From the NCBI GenBank assembly GCA_045633825.1, contig JAZQZB010000013.1, forward strand, positions 1-57,876: DNA of 57,876 nt. The letters are read 5' to 3'. How positions within the stretch are numbered: position 1 is the first letter of the stretch; every line of letters begins with the position of its first letter. The position numbers and the translations under genes were made by a program. The notes beneath the pieces were generated by a model. The model was not told where the DNA came from, did no database searches, and saw only the letters and a list, made by a program, of their open reading frames with translations. This stretch comes from Alphaproteobacteria bacterium. GTDB lineage: Bacteria > Pseudomonadota > Alphaproteobacteria > RF32 > CAG-239. Shown piece after piece: positions 1-10,300 of the stretch.

Positions 1-1
1 C

Positions 2-172
2 TTTACCGACGCTCTGTGTGATGTTTTGGAAACAGGTGCCGATAATTTGGTTTTGGCCGATATGAACGAAGCTTCTGCCGAATACCTGATGTTGCAAACC
101 AGACAACAACTTGCGGTTAATTCATTGTCGCTTGCCTCACAATCCGCCAGTTCAATTTTAAGCTTATTTTAG
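2..172 (+). CDS. Flagellin, C-terminal end (partial, runs off the window start)
   Basis: Frame 2 reads FTDALCDVLETGADNLVLADMNEASAEYLMLQTRQQLAVNSLSLASQSASSILSLF*, matching the alphaproteobacterial flagellin C-terminal pattern (GADNL.LADMNEE.A....QTRQQL...LSLA.Q....IL.LF). Not in the ORF track. Confidence 0.9.
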   Translation, partial: FTDALCDVLETGADNLVLADMNEASAEYLMLQTRQQLAVNSLSLASQSASSILSLF

Positions 173-186
173 GAAATAATAACAAA

Positions 187-482
187 GTCATTCCTCGCTC
201 GGCGCTTTGGCGTCCGTGCGTCTAGGAATCTCATCTTTGCGTCAGCGCTATATTAAATAAAAACAACAACCGCGATTTATGTTTTTTAGCTTTTTTTGAC
301 CGGAGACTCTCCTTTTATGTATCCCAAGTTAGCCAACGGATGTGAAGGGCACATCCGGTTGAAAAAAGCGTTAAAAAAAACATCTTGAGCGGTGACTTTT
401 GGTTACTTTTGGTCATTCAAAAGTAACATAAGAATAATTTGAAGATCGCTAACCTCGTTCGCAAGCTCACTCAAGCGATGAC
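187..482. repeat. REP-like palindromic elements (GTCAT...ATCT family)
   Basis: GTCATTCCT...AGGAATCT at 187-231 and AGATCGCT...AGCGATGAC at 443-482; the same end motifs recur at 57358-57527. Confidence 0.6.
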
Positions 483-494
483 TTTTTATGCTTA

Positions 495-532
495 AAAATA
501 ACCCCCGATTTGGAAAAAATCGGGGGTTATTT
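495..532 (-). terminator. Intrinsic terminator after infB
   Basis: AATAACCCCCGATTT-loop-AAATCGGGGGTTATT hairpin with A/T tracts just past the infB stop. Confidence 0.8.
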
Positions 533-544
533 AATGTTTTATAA

Positions 545-3022
545 TTATTGCAATTTAGCGGCGATTTCTTCAATCTCGTAACATTCGATAAAGTCGCCTT
601 TTTGAATGTCGTTATAATTTTCAAACGAGATACCGCACTCGAAACCTTCTTTGACTTCTTTAACATCGTCTTTGAAGCGTTTGAGCTGTCCGATAGCACC
701 GTCATGAATAACCACGTTATCACGTAACAAGCGGATTTTGGCACCGCGTTTAACCATACCTTCGGTAACCATACATCCGCCAACTTTACCAACACCGGTA
801 ATGTTATAAACTTCACGAATTTCGGCGTAACCGAGCAATTTTTCACGAAGTTCGGGTGATAACATACCTTCTAAACCTTTTTTGATGTCGTCTAATACAT
901 CATAGATGATTGAGTAGTATTTAATTTCGACCCCATCGCGACGAGCCATGTCTCTGGCTTGAGCATTGGCGCGGACATTAAATCCGATAATTAAAGCATT
1001 TGAGGCCTTAGCCAAAGTAACATCTGACTCTGAAATACCACCGACGGCAGAGTGCAAAACTTGAACTTTAACTTCGTCATTAGAAAGTTTTGAAACTGTG
1101 CCTTCGATAGCTTCGATAGACCCCTGAACATCTGCTTTAATAATAATCGGCAAGTTTTTGACTTCGCCTGATTTGATTTTATCAAGCATTTGTTCCATAG
1201 CCGATTTGGCTGATTTAACCAATTTGGCTTCGCGTTCTTTTCTGATACGATATCCTGTAATTTCTTTGGCTTTGCTTTCATCAGCAACGGCAATTATATC
1301 ATCACCGGCTGAAGGTGTTCCTTGTAAACCTAAAATTTCAACAGGAGTTGCAGGACCGGCTTCCGGCATCTTTTGTCCGCGTTCATTAAACATTGCACGG
1401 ACATGGCCCCATTCTTTACCTGCGATAACAACATCACCGACTTTCAAAGTTCCTTTTTGAATTAAAGCAGTAACAACAGTACCTCGACCTTTTTCCATTT
1501 TGGCCTCGACAACAACTCCTTCCCCGTTGCGGTTCGGGTTGGCTTTAAGGTCTAACATTTCAGCTTGGAGCAAAATTGCTTCAACCAATTTGTCGATATT
1601 CATGCGTTTTTTAGCTGAAACTTCGGCGCATAAGCATTCGCCGCCCATTTCTTCGACACCGATACCGTGTTGTAATAATGTTGTTTTTACTTTCATCGGG
1701 TCAGCGGCCGGTAAGTCTATTTTGTTAATAGCTACAACAATAGGTACTTCGGCGGCTTGAGCGTGACGAATAGCTTCAATGGTTTGAGGCATGATACCGT
1801 CGTTAGCGGCAACAACCAATACCACAATATCGGTAACTTTGGCTCCACGTGCACGCATTTCGGAAAATGCTTCGTGGCCGGGAGTATCAATAAAAGTAAT
1901 TTTGTCGCCCGAGGGAACGGTAATTTGATAAGCTCCGATGTGTTGGGTAATACCGCCGGCTTCACGCGATACTACATTGGTTTCACGAAGCGCATCAAGT
2001 AAAGATGTTTTACCATGGTCAACGTGTCCCATAACGGTAACAACAGGGGCTCGGGGTAACATTTTATCTGCCGAATCGTCTTGTTTGTAAAGTCCTTCTT
2101 CAACATCACTATCGGCAATTCGTTTGAATTTGTGACCGAATTCTTCAACGATAATTTGAGCTGTATCGGCATCAATCGGTTGGTTAATAGTTGCCATAAC
2201 TCCTAAAGCCATAAGTTTTTTAATTACTTCGGCAGATTTTTCGGCCATACGGTTTGCTAATTCCTGAACAGTGATAATTTCAGGAATAATAACCTCTTTA
2301 ATAACTTTTTCCGCGGGTGTTGCTTGAACAACGGGTTTCGGTTGTTTTTTCTTAAATCTGCGTCTGGGAGCACCATAACCGTAGTCATCATCTTCGTCAT
2401 CTGTTGAAATGTTGTGAATGCTTACTTTGTTAGAGCGACGTTGGGTTTCAAAAGAACGTTTGGTAATTTGTTTTTTACGTTCTTGTTCAAAAACATCTTC
2501 TTTGGAAACAGGTTTTTTGTTGTTGGAATAACGAGAAAAATCTTCATCATCGTCGTCATCATCAAAAGAGCGTTTTTGACGTTCTTTAAATTTATTTAAT
2601 GCTCTGTTTTCAGCCTCGTTTTGAGAAGAATTTACAGATTCTTGTTGTGCTTTTTGAGCTTCTTTTCTAGCTTTTTCTTCAGCTAATTTTTTTTCTTCTT
2701 CTTCTTTTTCTTGTTGTTTTTTAAGTTCTTCTTCTTTAATTTTTTGTCTTTGAAGATTGCGTTCTTCTTCTTCTTGACGACGTTTGCTGTCAAATTCTTT
2801 AGCTTCAGCAATAAGTTTTAATTTGGCGGCAGTTTCTTCGTCAATTTGCGGTTTTTGAGTTTTGACTTCGGTTTGTTGTCCGATAATTCTTTTCTTTCTA
2901 ACTTCTACTTGAACTATTTTTTTTCCATCGGAATTTGATGATTTTAAAGATGTTCCCAGTTTAAGAGTTAGGGTAGATTTTCCTGATAATGTTAATTTCT
3001 TTTTTGCATTATCTTCTGTCAT
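545..3022 (-). CDS. infB: Translation initiation factor IF-2
   Basis: [21 protein letters not shown] GTPase motifs; [11 protein letters not shown]...ECG C-terminus; downstream of nusA. Confidence 0.99.
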   Translation of the reverse strand: MTEDNAKKKLTLSGKSTLTLKLGTSLKSSNSDGKKIVQVEVRKKRIIGQQTEVKTQKPQIDEETAAKLKLIAEAKEFDSKRRQEEEERNLQRQKIKEEELKKQQEKEEEEKKLAEEKARKEAQKAQQESVNSSQNEAENRALNKFKERQKRSFDDDDDDEDFSRYSNNKKPVSKEDVFEQERKKQITKRSFETQRRSNKVSIHNISTDDEDDDYGYGAPRRRFKKKQPKPVVQATPAEKVIKEVIIPEIITVQELANRMAEKSAEVIKKLMALGVMATINQPIDADTAQIIVEEFGHKFKRIADSDVEEGLYKQDDSADKMLPRAPVVTVMGHVDHGKTSLLDALRETNVVSREAGGITQHIGAYQITVPSGDKITFIDTPGHEAFSEMRARGAKVTDIVVLVVAANDGIMPQTIEAIRHAQAAEVPIVVAINKIDLPAADPMKVKTTLLQHGIGVEEMGGECLCAEVSAKKRMNIDKLVEAILLQAEMLDLKANPNRNGEGVVVEAKMEKGRGTVVTALIQKGTLKVGDVVIAGKEWGHVRAMFNERGQKMPEAGPATPVEILGLQGTPSAGDDIIAVADESKAKEITGYRIRKEREAKLVKSAKSAMEQMLDKIKSGEVKNLPIIIKADVQGSIEAIEGTVSKLSNDEVKVQVLHSAVGGISESDVTLAKASNALIIGFNVRANAQARDMARRDGVEIKYYSIIYDVLDDIKKGLEGMLSPELREKLLGYAEIREVYNITGVGKVGGCMVTEGMVKRGAKIRLLRDNVVIHDGAIGQLKRFKDDVKEVKEGFECGISFENYNDIQKGDFIECYEIEEIAAKLQ

Positions 3023-3046
3023 AAATTATTACTCCGTTTTATTTAT

Positions 3047-3616
3047 TTAGTTGTTTAAGAATGAGGTCAGGCGAACGAACGTTTCTCTGACCGAATTTGC
3101 CATGGTGCTTTTGATAAAAGCTAAATGAACAGTATTGTCTTTTGCTAATTCTTTGTCTAACTCCTCAATCTTAAACAAATTAAAAACTTCTATATTTTTG
3201 GCTAATGACATAATTTTATTATGTCCGTCTGTGCCGGCATCTTCAGCCTCTAATAAAAAGGCTATGTTATTCTTTTTTACAGCTTCTTTAACTTTGTCCA
3301 TACCGGAAATCATTACTCCGGCCTTACGAGCTAAAGAAACGGAATTGAGAGCTTGTTTAAATAGAATATTTTCTACTTGTGAAACAAGTTCGTTAGTTGC
3401 TTTTACTGATTTTTTGAGCGCTTTGCCGAACAAGTTGTTGTTAATTGCTTTTTCTAAAAGAGTTTTAGCATTTTTAACGTAAATTCCTTTGCCCGGTAAT
3501 TTTTTCTTAAAATCGGGAACAATCAGATTGTTTTCAAGTACCACAAAACGAAGCAGATCTTCTTTGTTTAAGATCTCTCCGGTTGCAATACATTTTCTGG
3601 TTGTTTCTTTTTTCAT
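3047..3616 (-). CDS. ylxR: YlxR/DUF448 RNA-binding protein with L7Ae-like C-terminal half
   Basis: RKCIATG...LLRFV...PGKGIYV motif, then LARKAG...G.DKV; lies between nusA and infB. Confidence 0.88.
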   Translation of the reverse strand: MKKETTRKCIATGEILNKEDLLRFVVLENNLIVPDFKKKLPGKGIYVKNAKTLLEKAINNNLFGKALKKSVKATNELVSQVENILFKQALNSVSLARKAGVMISGMDKVKEAVKKNNIAFLLEAEDAGTDGHNKIMSLAKNIEVFNLFKIEELDKELAKDNTVHLAFIKSTMANSVRETFVRLTSFLNN

Positions 3617-3676
3617 AAGGTTGCTTTCGTTTTTATGTCCGGACAGTTTTATACTGTCCGGACATGTGGTTTATGA

Positions 3677-5194
3677 TTATTCTTCTTCGAACCAGTGAGC
3701 ACGAGCTGCCATAATAACTTTTTCAGCTTCTTTGACAGATAATGTGTCTTCACCTAATATTTCGATTAATTCATCAGTTGCTAAATCACCTAAATCATCA
3801 ACATTGCGGATGTCGGCATTAGCAAGCGCCAAAAGCATATCTTTATCCAGACCTTCGATAGCTTGAAGCTTTTCGTCAATGCCCAAAGATTTGCTCTTTT
3901 TCTCAAATTCTTTGTTGCGGTTTTCAATGTATTCTTTAGCACGGTTTTGTAATTCTTGAGCAACTTCTTCATCAAAACCTTCAATTTTGGATAATTCGTT
4001 CAGGTCAACCATTGCAATTTCATCAACATTTGAGAAACCTTCAGCGATGAGCAAATGAGCAATCATTTCATCAACGTCTAAAGCTTCCATAAATCTTTGA
4101 GAACGGACTTTGTTTTCGTTAGAACGACGTTCTTGTTCTTGTTCTTCGGTCAAGACATCAATGTCGCAGCCGAGCAATAATGAAGCAAGTCTTACATTTT
4201 GACCGCGACGGCCGATTGCCAAAGAGAATTGTTCTTGCGGAACAACAGCTTCGATACGATTGTTTTCTTCGTCAATAACAACTTTGGTAACTTCAGCCGG
4301 AGAAAGTGCGGAAACCATATATTGAGCTTTGTCTTCCGAATAAGGAACGATATCAATGCGTTCGCCTTGTAACTCATTCATTACAGCTTGAACACGGATA
4401 CCTCTTAAACCAACGCATGAACCAACAGCATCGATAGTTACATCGTCTGTTTTAACGGCAATTTTAGCTTTTGAACCGGGATCACGAGCAACACCCATAA
4501 TTTGAATGATGCCGTCATAAATTTCAGGAACTTCAGAAGTGAAGAGTTTGGCTAAAAATTCCGGACAGGTACGTGATAAGAAAATTTGCGGACCTTTGTT
4601 TTCACGTCTTACATCAAGAACATAGGCTCTGAGTCTGTCGCCGACTTTGAATTTTTCTCTCGGGATAATCTCTTCACGACGTAAAACGGCTTCGGTCTTG
4701 CCAATATCAACAGTAATACTGTTAAATTCAACTCTTTTAACCGTACCATTGATAATGGTGCCGATTTTTTCTTTATATTCTTCGAATTGTTTGTTGCGTT
4801 CGGCATCGCGAACTTTTTGAACAATAACTTGTTTGGCAGTTTGAGCTGCAATGCGACCGAAATCAATAGGAGGGAGAGAATCGATAATGAATTCACCTAC
4901 TTTTATATCAGGATTATAAGCTTGAGCTTCGTCCAAGAAAAGTTGAGTATTTTCATTTTCTTTTTCTGTGTCATCGGCAATTACTTCACGATAGCGGGCA
5001 AGAGAAATTGCTCCGGTTTTTCTATCGATGTGAGCTCTGATATCATGTTCTGTACCATATTTTGAACGAGCAGATTTTTGAATGGCAATTTCCATTGCCT
5101 CTAAAACATCTTCTTTATCAATATTTTTTTCTCTGGCTACAGTGTCAGCGACTAAAATAATTTCAGGTCTGGGCATATTTTCTTGTGTTTGCAT
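3677..5194 (-). CDS. nusA: Transcription elongation factor NusA
   Basis: FGRIAAQTAKQVIVQKVRDAER, ARDPGSKAKIAV, AIGRRGQNVRLAS, plus C-terminal acidic repeats. Confidence 0.99.
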   Translation of the reverse strand: MQTQENMPRPEIILVADTVAREKNIDKEDVLEAMEIAIQKSARSKYGTEHDIRAHIDRKTGAISLARYREVIADDTEKENENTQLFLDEAQAYNPDIKVGEFIIDSLPPIDFGRIAAQTAKQVIVQKVRDAERNKQFEEYKEKIGTIINGTVKRVEFNSITVDIGKTEAVLRREEIIPREKFKVGDRLRAYVLDVRRENKGPQIFLSRTCPEFLAKLFTSEVPEIYDGIIQIMGVARDPGSKAKIAVKTDDVTIDAVGSCVGLRGIRVQAVMNELQGERIDIVPYSEDKAQYMVSALSPAEVTKVVIDEENNRIEAVVPQEQFSLAIGRRGQNVRLASLLLGCDIDVLTEEQEQERRSNENKVRSQRFMEALDVDEMIAHLLIAEGFSNVDEIAMVDLNELSKIEGFDEEVAQELQNRAKEYIENRNKEFEKKSKSLGIDEKLQAIEGLDKDMLLALANADIRNVDDLGDLATDELIEILGEDTLSVKEAEKVIMAARAHWFEEE

Positions 5195-5232
5195 TTTTTC
5201 CTCTAAATATTCAAGTTAAGGTTAGTACAAAT

Positions 5233-5736
5233 TTATTGTTCGTCTTCTTGAGCATTGGCGACATATTCTTCCCAAAGCTCGTCTGTTAAAACTAATTTTG
5301 CTTTAGCAACAGAAGTAAAAGGAATCGAGTATTCTTTATCTTCCATTGAAAAGATGATGGAGTTGTCTTCTTTAAGAGATATGATTTTTCCTTTAAATCT
5401 TTTGCGACCATCAATAGAATCCGATGTTTCGATTTTGGCTTCATATCCGGCAAAACGAGAAAAATGTTCCGGTTTGGTAAGCGGACGATCTATTCCCGGA
5501 GAGCTTACTTCTAAAGAATATTCTCCATCGATAGGATCTTTCTCGTCCAAGATTATTGATATGGCACGACTTACGGAAGCGCAGTCATCAACAACTAAAT
5601 TTTTACGATCTTTACGTTCGATCATAATTTGCAATGTCGGTTTTTGTGCACCGGTTAAAAGAATTCTGACTACTTCAAAACCCATGTTTTCTATTGTTGG
5701 AGCAACTAAATCGTATAAATTATTATTTTCTTGCAT
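5233..5736 (-). CDS. rimP: Ribosome maturation factor RimP
   Basis: VDDCASVSR...YSLEVSSPGIDRPL motif; first gene of the nusA operon. Confidence 0.97.
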   Translation of the reverse strand: MQENNNLYDLVAPTIENMGFEVVRILLTGAQKPTLQIMIERKDRKNLVVDDCASVSRAISIILDEKDPIDGEYSLEVSSPGIDRPLTKPEHFSRFAGYEAKIETSDSIDGRKRFKGKIISLKEDNSIIFSMEDKEYSIPFTSVAKAKLVLTDELWEEYVANAQEDEQ

Positions 5737-5757
5737 AAATTGTTACTTTCGCTAAAC

Positions 5758-5784
5758 AAAAAGCGGAGCTTTCGGGCTCCACTT
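5758..5784 (-). promoter_or_regulatory. rimP leader hairpin/attenuator
   Basis: Minus strand AAGTGGAGC-CCGAAA-GCTCCGCTTTT about 20 nt upstream of the rimP ATG; position and shape fit the known rimP-leader terminator. Confidence 0.55.
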
Positions 5785-5875
5785 CACTTTATTCACATCT
5801 AATATATTGGCATATATAACATAAAAAAAATAAAAATCCAGTATTTTTTTGCGTTATTTTAAATTTTTAGCAAAT

Positions 5876-6982
5876 TTATCCGTCTTCCAGATGAAGTAAT
5901 AATGAAACACCCAAAAGGGAGGCAATCGCAGTTGGCGCGATTACTGATAAAATAACGGGAATATTACCACTTACACCCATTGCATATACTACTTGAGTTA
6001 AGAAATATGTTCCAAAACCGGTAACAATTCCTCCGACAATTAAATACATTACGCCGCCACGACGATTGTTGGGGCGAAGTGCAAAAACGGCTGCTAATAA
6101 AATCATTGATACCAAAAATAGCGGTGACATTATTAAAGACCATAAACGAATTTTAAGTCGTTCCACTGCGAACCCCGATTTTTCGTAAAAACTTATGACA
6201 CGAGGAAGTTCCCAAAGAGAAATAGCCTCCGGATCAGTAAAGTTTTCTTCAATTTTGTTGATATCTAAAAGAGTCGGATACTGAATGTTGTTCATAAAGA
6301 CAGTCGGTTTACCACCTATATAAATTTTTACGTCGCGGAGATCAAAATAACCTTCTTTTAATATGCCGGCAAAAGCTTCAATACGACGTATGGGTTGAGT
6401 TTTTTTATCCAGTTCGATAATCGTTATACCTCTTAATAAAAGTTTGTTGTTTTCCGGATGAAGAGATTTAGCGTTTAAAACCATAACATTATCGTTGTTT
6501 TGAGCTTCTCTAATCCACAAACCTTTATCCGAAAAAGACATAGCTTGCATGTTTTTAGTGTCCATGCGTCTTTCTAAAGTTTCAAACATGCCATAAAGAT
6601 TGGCCGAAAGAGGATTTATCATGGTGATGTTTATTATTCCGACAATAAATGTTGCAATGCAAATCGGAGTTAAAAAGCCCCAAATTGATAGTCCGGCGGC
6701 GCGCATTACTACAAATTCGCTTGTTTTGCTTAAGCGCCAAAAAGTTATCATGGCAGCAATCATTATTACAAAAGGAAAAACTTGTTCTGCCGTTTTGGGT
6801 AAGCGAGCAACAGCAAGTTGAAAAGCAAACCAAATACCAAAATCGGGATTGCCGGATATACGGCGAAGTCTTTCAACCATTTCAAATAAGAAAATGATGC
6901 CCAGTATTACGACGAGAACACCGATAAAGTTAAATATCAGTTGTTTGGTAAGATATTTTCCTAAAATTGTATTCGGTTTCAT
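5876..6982 (-). CDS. lptG: LPS export ABC permease LptG (LptF/G family)
   Basis: 3 TM + periplasmic domain + 3 TM; LSKTSEFVVMRAAGLS motif; ends LLHLEDG as in alphaproteobacterial LptG. Confidence 0.9.
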   Translation of the reverse strand: MKPNTILGKYLTKQLIFNFIGVLVVILGIIFLFEMVERLRRISGNPDFGIWFAFQLAVARLPKTAEQVFPFVIMIAAMITFWRLSKTSEFVVMRAAGLSIWGFLTPICIATFIVGIINITMINPLSANLYGMFETLERRMDTKNMQAMSFSDKGLWIREAQNNDNVMVLNAKSLHPENNKLLLRGITIIELDKKTQPIRRIEAFAGILKEGYFDLRDVKIYIGGKPTVFMNNIQYPTLLDINKIEENFTDPEAISLWELPRVISFYEKSGFAVERLKIRLWSLIMSPLFLVSMILLAAVFALRPNNRRGGVMYLIVGGIVTGFGTYFLTQVVYAMGVSGNIPVILSVIAPTAIASLLGVSLLLHLEDG

Positions 6983-7060
6983 AAAAAATCTCGTGATTAA
7001 GTCAGTTTATCAAAGATTAGGCAAAAAAGCTTTATTTTGCAAGTGAATATCGTAGCCTGT

Positions 7061-7981
7061 TCAAAGTTCGGATAAATAATTGGTTATGGCATCAGGTAAA
7101 ATAACAACAATATTTTTATCTTTGAATTCTTCGCGAGAGGCAATATCTATAGCAGCAACAAAAGCAGCTCCGGAGGATATTCCTATGGGCAAACCTTCTG
7201 TTTGAGCAATGGCTTTGGCCATATCCCATGCGTCTTCATCGGAAACATCATAAACTTCATTTACCAATTCTTTTTTGTATAACGGAGGAATAAATCCTGC
7301 ACCGATACCATGAATTTTGTGTGCGCCTTTTGGCCCATTATTTAAAACGTTGCTTGCTAAAGGCTCAACAGCGACAACATATAAATCAGGGTTTGATGTT
7401 TTTAAGGCTTGAGCAATACCTGTTAAGGTTCCGGAAGTTCCGACAGATGCTATAATAACATCTATATTACCACTCATATCATTTAATATTTCGGGTGCGG
7501 TACCAAACATGTGAGCGTCGATACAACCTTGATTGGTAAATTGTTTTAATAAAATTACTTTATTTGATTTTTTTGCCAACATTTCAGCTTTGGCAATAGC
7601 TCCGTCCATGCCATCTTCTTTTGGGGTAAGAATTACGTCAGCTCCGAGATGTTTTATCATTTTTATTTTTTCTAAAGATGTGTTTTCGGGCATAATTAAA
7701 AGAGCCTTAAGGTTTTTTGAGGCACAAATGCCGGCTATGGCAACACCGATGTTGCCGCTGGTGGCTTCTACAAAAATGCTATCGTTGTCGATGTTGTTTT
7801 GGGATAGAGCATTTTCAATGATGCGTAATCCGGCACGATCTTTTATTGAAAAAAGAGGATTGTAAAATTCACACTTTGCAAAAATATCGGCTTTTAATGA
7901 TAATTTTTGTTTTAAATTATTTGTTTTAAGCATTGGGGTATTGCCGATTATTTCATTAATCGAGTTAAAAATTTTGTGCAT
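7061..7981 (-). CDS. cysK: Cysteine synthase (PLP-dependent O-acetylserine sulfhydrylase family)
   Basis: IGNTP, NPLFSIKDR (PLP lysine), EATSGN, GTSGT, HKIHGIGAGFIP, GISSGA. Confidence 0.9.
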   Translation of the reverse strand: MHKIFNSINEIIGNTPMLKTNNLKQKLSLKADIFAKCEFYNPLFSIKDRAGLRIIENALSQNNIDNDSIFVEATSGNIGVAIAGICASKNLKALLIMPENTSLEKIKMIKHLGADVILTPKEDGMDGAIAKAEMLAKKSNKVILLKQFTNQGCIDAHMFGTAPEILNDMSGNIDVIIASVGTSGTLTGIAQALKTSNPDLYVVAVEPLASNVLNNGPKGAHKIHGIGAGFIPPLYKKELVNEVYDVSDEDAWDMAKAIAQTEGLPIGISSGAAFVAAIDIASREEFKDKNIVVILPDAITNYLSEL

Positions 7982-8079
7982 AAAAACCTCTCAAATTGTT
8001 TATAAACACTAAAAATATATAGACCTATATAACAGCAAAATGCTATAATTGCAAACGTTAATTAAAAGGGTAATGTTTT

Positions 8080-8649
8080 ATGAAAAAGTTTTTTACAACA
8101 TGTGCATCTTTGTTTTTAGTGTTGAGTTTTTCGAATGAATGTTCGGCAACAACACTTGATGAGTTGTATCGTGATGTTATTCGTTCCAATAACAGCGGAT
8201 ATTTGCCTTTGTTTGTAAAAAACCGTAAGGCTCCGGTGGTGGTTTTGGGTGAAGATGATTTGGTCGAGGTTAAGCCGACAAATAAAGAAGAACAACAACA
8301 TAAGACAGAAGTGTTAAATCTTACAAATGATGTCGGAGAAAGAGTTAAGGCTGCAAAAGAAAGACAGCTGCAATGGATTAAAACTATTGATGCAATAAAA
8401 TCTAATCAGGTTACGGCGGTTGAACTTGATGATATAACTTCTCGTGTAAGAGACGGTGAGCCGAAAGCTATTGAGATTTTGGCGTGGATGTATACCAACG
8501 GTGTGGGCGTTTCAAAAGATTTTGTCGAAGCTTTTAATTTGTATAAAAAAGCAGCACAGCTTAATGTCGTTAATGCTGAAAAGAATGCTTTTATTGTTTA
8601 TAAATCAATGAACGAGGAACAACGTCGTCGTATAAAAAATAATCTTTAG
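8080..8649 (+). CDS. Secreted Sel1-repeat protein
   Basis: N-terminal signal peptide; LAWMYTNGVGVSKDFVEAFNLYKKAA Sel1 repeat. Confidence 0.8.
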   Translation: MKKFFTTCASLFLVLSFSNECSATTLDELYRDVIRSNNSGYLPLFVKNRKAPVVVLGEDDLVEVKPTNKEEQQHKTEVLNLTNDVGERVKAAKERQLQWIKTIDAIKSNQVTAVELDDITSRVRDGEPKAIEILAWMYTNGVGVSKDFVEAFNLYKKAAQLNVVNAEKNAFIVYKSMNEEQRRRIKNNL

Positions 8650-9311
8650 GCGTCTTCTTTAGCTTCTGCTACAAGCTCTTTTACAAAACCTTTCAGACCT
8701 ACTTGGCGAACACGTTTCATTCTTTCGCCGGAGATGATTTTTTGAATTTTGGTAACAGTTTCTTGTAAACTTACATTTACGATAACATAATCAAATTCGT
8801 CCCAATGGCTGATTTTATCCAAGATAATGCCCATGCGCTTTTCAATTACTTCTTTGCTGTCAGTTCCACGACATTCTAAACGTTTGCGAAGTTCTTTTAC
8901 TGATGGAGGAAGTAAGTAGATGGTTACAACATCTTCACCGGCTTTTTTACGCATTTGTCTGGCACCTGCCCAGTCCATATCAAATAAAACGTCTTGTCCG
9001 ACATTAATAAAACTGTCAACTTCGGAACGTAGTGTTCCATAACGAGAACCATATTGAGAATCGACATATTCATAAAAAGCATCTTGAGCCATAAATTCGT
9101 TGTATTGTTCATCAGTTACAAAGTAATAATCAACACCTTCTACTTCGCCGGGGCGAGGTTGACGAGTGGTTACCGATACGGAAAATTTAATGTTACTGTC
9201 AGCTTTTAATAATTCTTTGATAACAGTTCCTTTGCCGGTTCCGGAAGGAGCTTCAATTATAAACATAGCGCCTTTGCGAACTTTACGTAAACGATCGATA
9301 ATTTCATCCAT
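8646..9311 (-). CDS. gmk: Guanylate kinase
   Basis: APSGTGKGT P-loop, SVTTRQPRPGEVEGVDYYF, YGT motif. Confidence 0.97.
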   Translation of the reverse strand: MDEIIDRLRKVRKGAMFIIEAPSGTGKGTVIKELLKADSNIKFSVSVTTRQPRPGEVEGVDYYFVTDEQYNEFMAQDAFYEYVDSQYGSRYGTLRSEVDSFINVGQDVLFDMDWAGARQMRKKAGEDVVTIYLLPPSVKELRKRLECRGTDSKEVIEKRMGIILDKISHWDEFDYVIVNVSLQETVTKIQKIISGERMKRVRQVGLKGFVKELVAEAKEDA

Positions 9312-9324
9312 AATGTAAACTCCT

Positions 9325-10224
9325 TTATTCTATATTTTGTACTTGTTCTCTGAATTGCTCAATAAGTGCTTTTAGGTCCATTCCCAAGTTGGTTATGGAA
9401 ATATCGCAGGCTTTTGAGCAGGTAGTATTGGCTTCTCGATTAAGTTCTTGGCATAAGAAGTCAAGTCTTCGTCCTACGGCATCATTTGTCTCTAAAAGAT
9501 TATATGCAGATTTTATATGAGTTTTCAAGCGATCAATTTCTTCTTTTATATCGGCGCGGGTTACAAGCAGAACAATTTCTTGAGCGATGCGATCTTCGTT
9601 GATATTTATTTCATCAGAAATAGTTTTGATTTGTGTAAATAGTTTTTCTTTTAATTTTTCGGGTAAAGTTTCAAATATTTTTTCTATATTTGCAGTAATG
9701 TCGCTGATTTTTTCTAAAATAGAAGTAAGGGCAATTTTGATTTTTTCGCCTTCTTTTTGGCGATCTATTTGCAAGTTTTTGCAGACAGTTATAAAGTCAT
9801 TTAAAATTGCTTCTTTCAGTTTTTGCAGATCGTCTTCATTAAGAGAGTTTTCTTCGATTTCGATAACTCCGCGTTGAGATAACAGCTCTCCGGCAGTGGC
9901 CATGGGAATTTCGGGGTGTTTTTTACATAAATTGACAGCTTGTTCGGTTAATTGATTAAGTAAATCTTCGTCAATTTTGATGTTTTTGGAAGTATTTTCA
10001 TTGTTTATTTCTAAAAAAGCACTGATGCTGCCACGAGAAATAACTTCAGTTGCTTTGTTTTTTAATAATAATGATATATCTTCAAAACCGGTCGGTAAAC
10101 GATATTTTAAATCAAGGCTTTTGCCGTTGACACTTTTTATTTCCCAGATCCAATTTATATTGTTTTCACCAAAGGATATATTTCCGTTAACTCTTGCAAA
10201 ACCGGTCATACTTGCTATACTCAA
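9325..10224 (-). CDS. yicC: YicC/YloC family endoribonuclease
   Basis: SMTGF, EIKSVN, EEIDRL..H, GRRLDFLCQELNREANT, EQFREQVQNIE; adjacent to gmk. Confidence 0.95.
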   Translation of the reverse strand: MSIASMTGFARVNGNISFGENNINWIWEIKSVNGKSLDLKYRLPTGFEDISLLLKNKATEVISRGSISAFLEINNENTSKNIKIDEDLLNQLTEQAVNLCKKHPEIPMATAGELLSQRGVIEIEENSLNEDDLQKLKEAILNDFITVCKNLQIDRQKEGEKIKIALTSILEKISDITANIEKIFETLPEKLKEKLFTQIKTISDEININEDRIAQEIVLLVTRADIKEEIDRLKTHIKSAYNLLETNDAVGRRLDFLCQELNREANTTCSKACDISITNLGMDLKALIEQFREQVQNIE

Positions 10225-10300
10225 GGCACAAACTCCTCAAATGTTAAAATTTTGAGTGCATTATAAACAAAAAAGCTTAATAAGTTTTTAAGGAAAAAAG

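Noticed and set aside
4129-4144. GTTC repeats in nusA as a LexA box
   Set aside because: Spacing is 2 or 8 nt rather than 7; explained by EQEQE codons.
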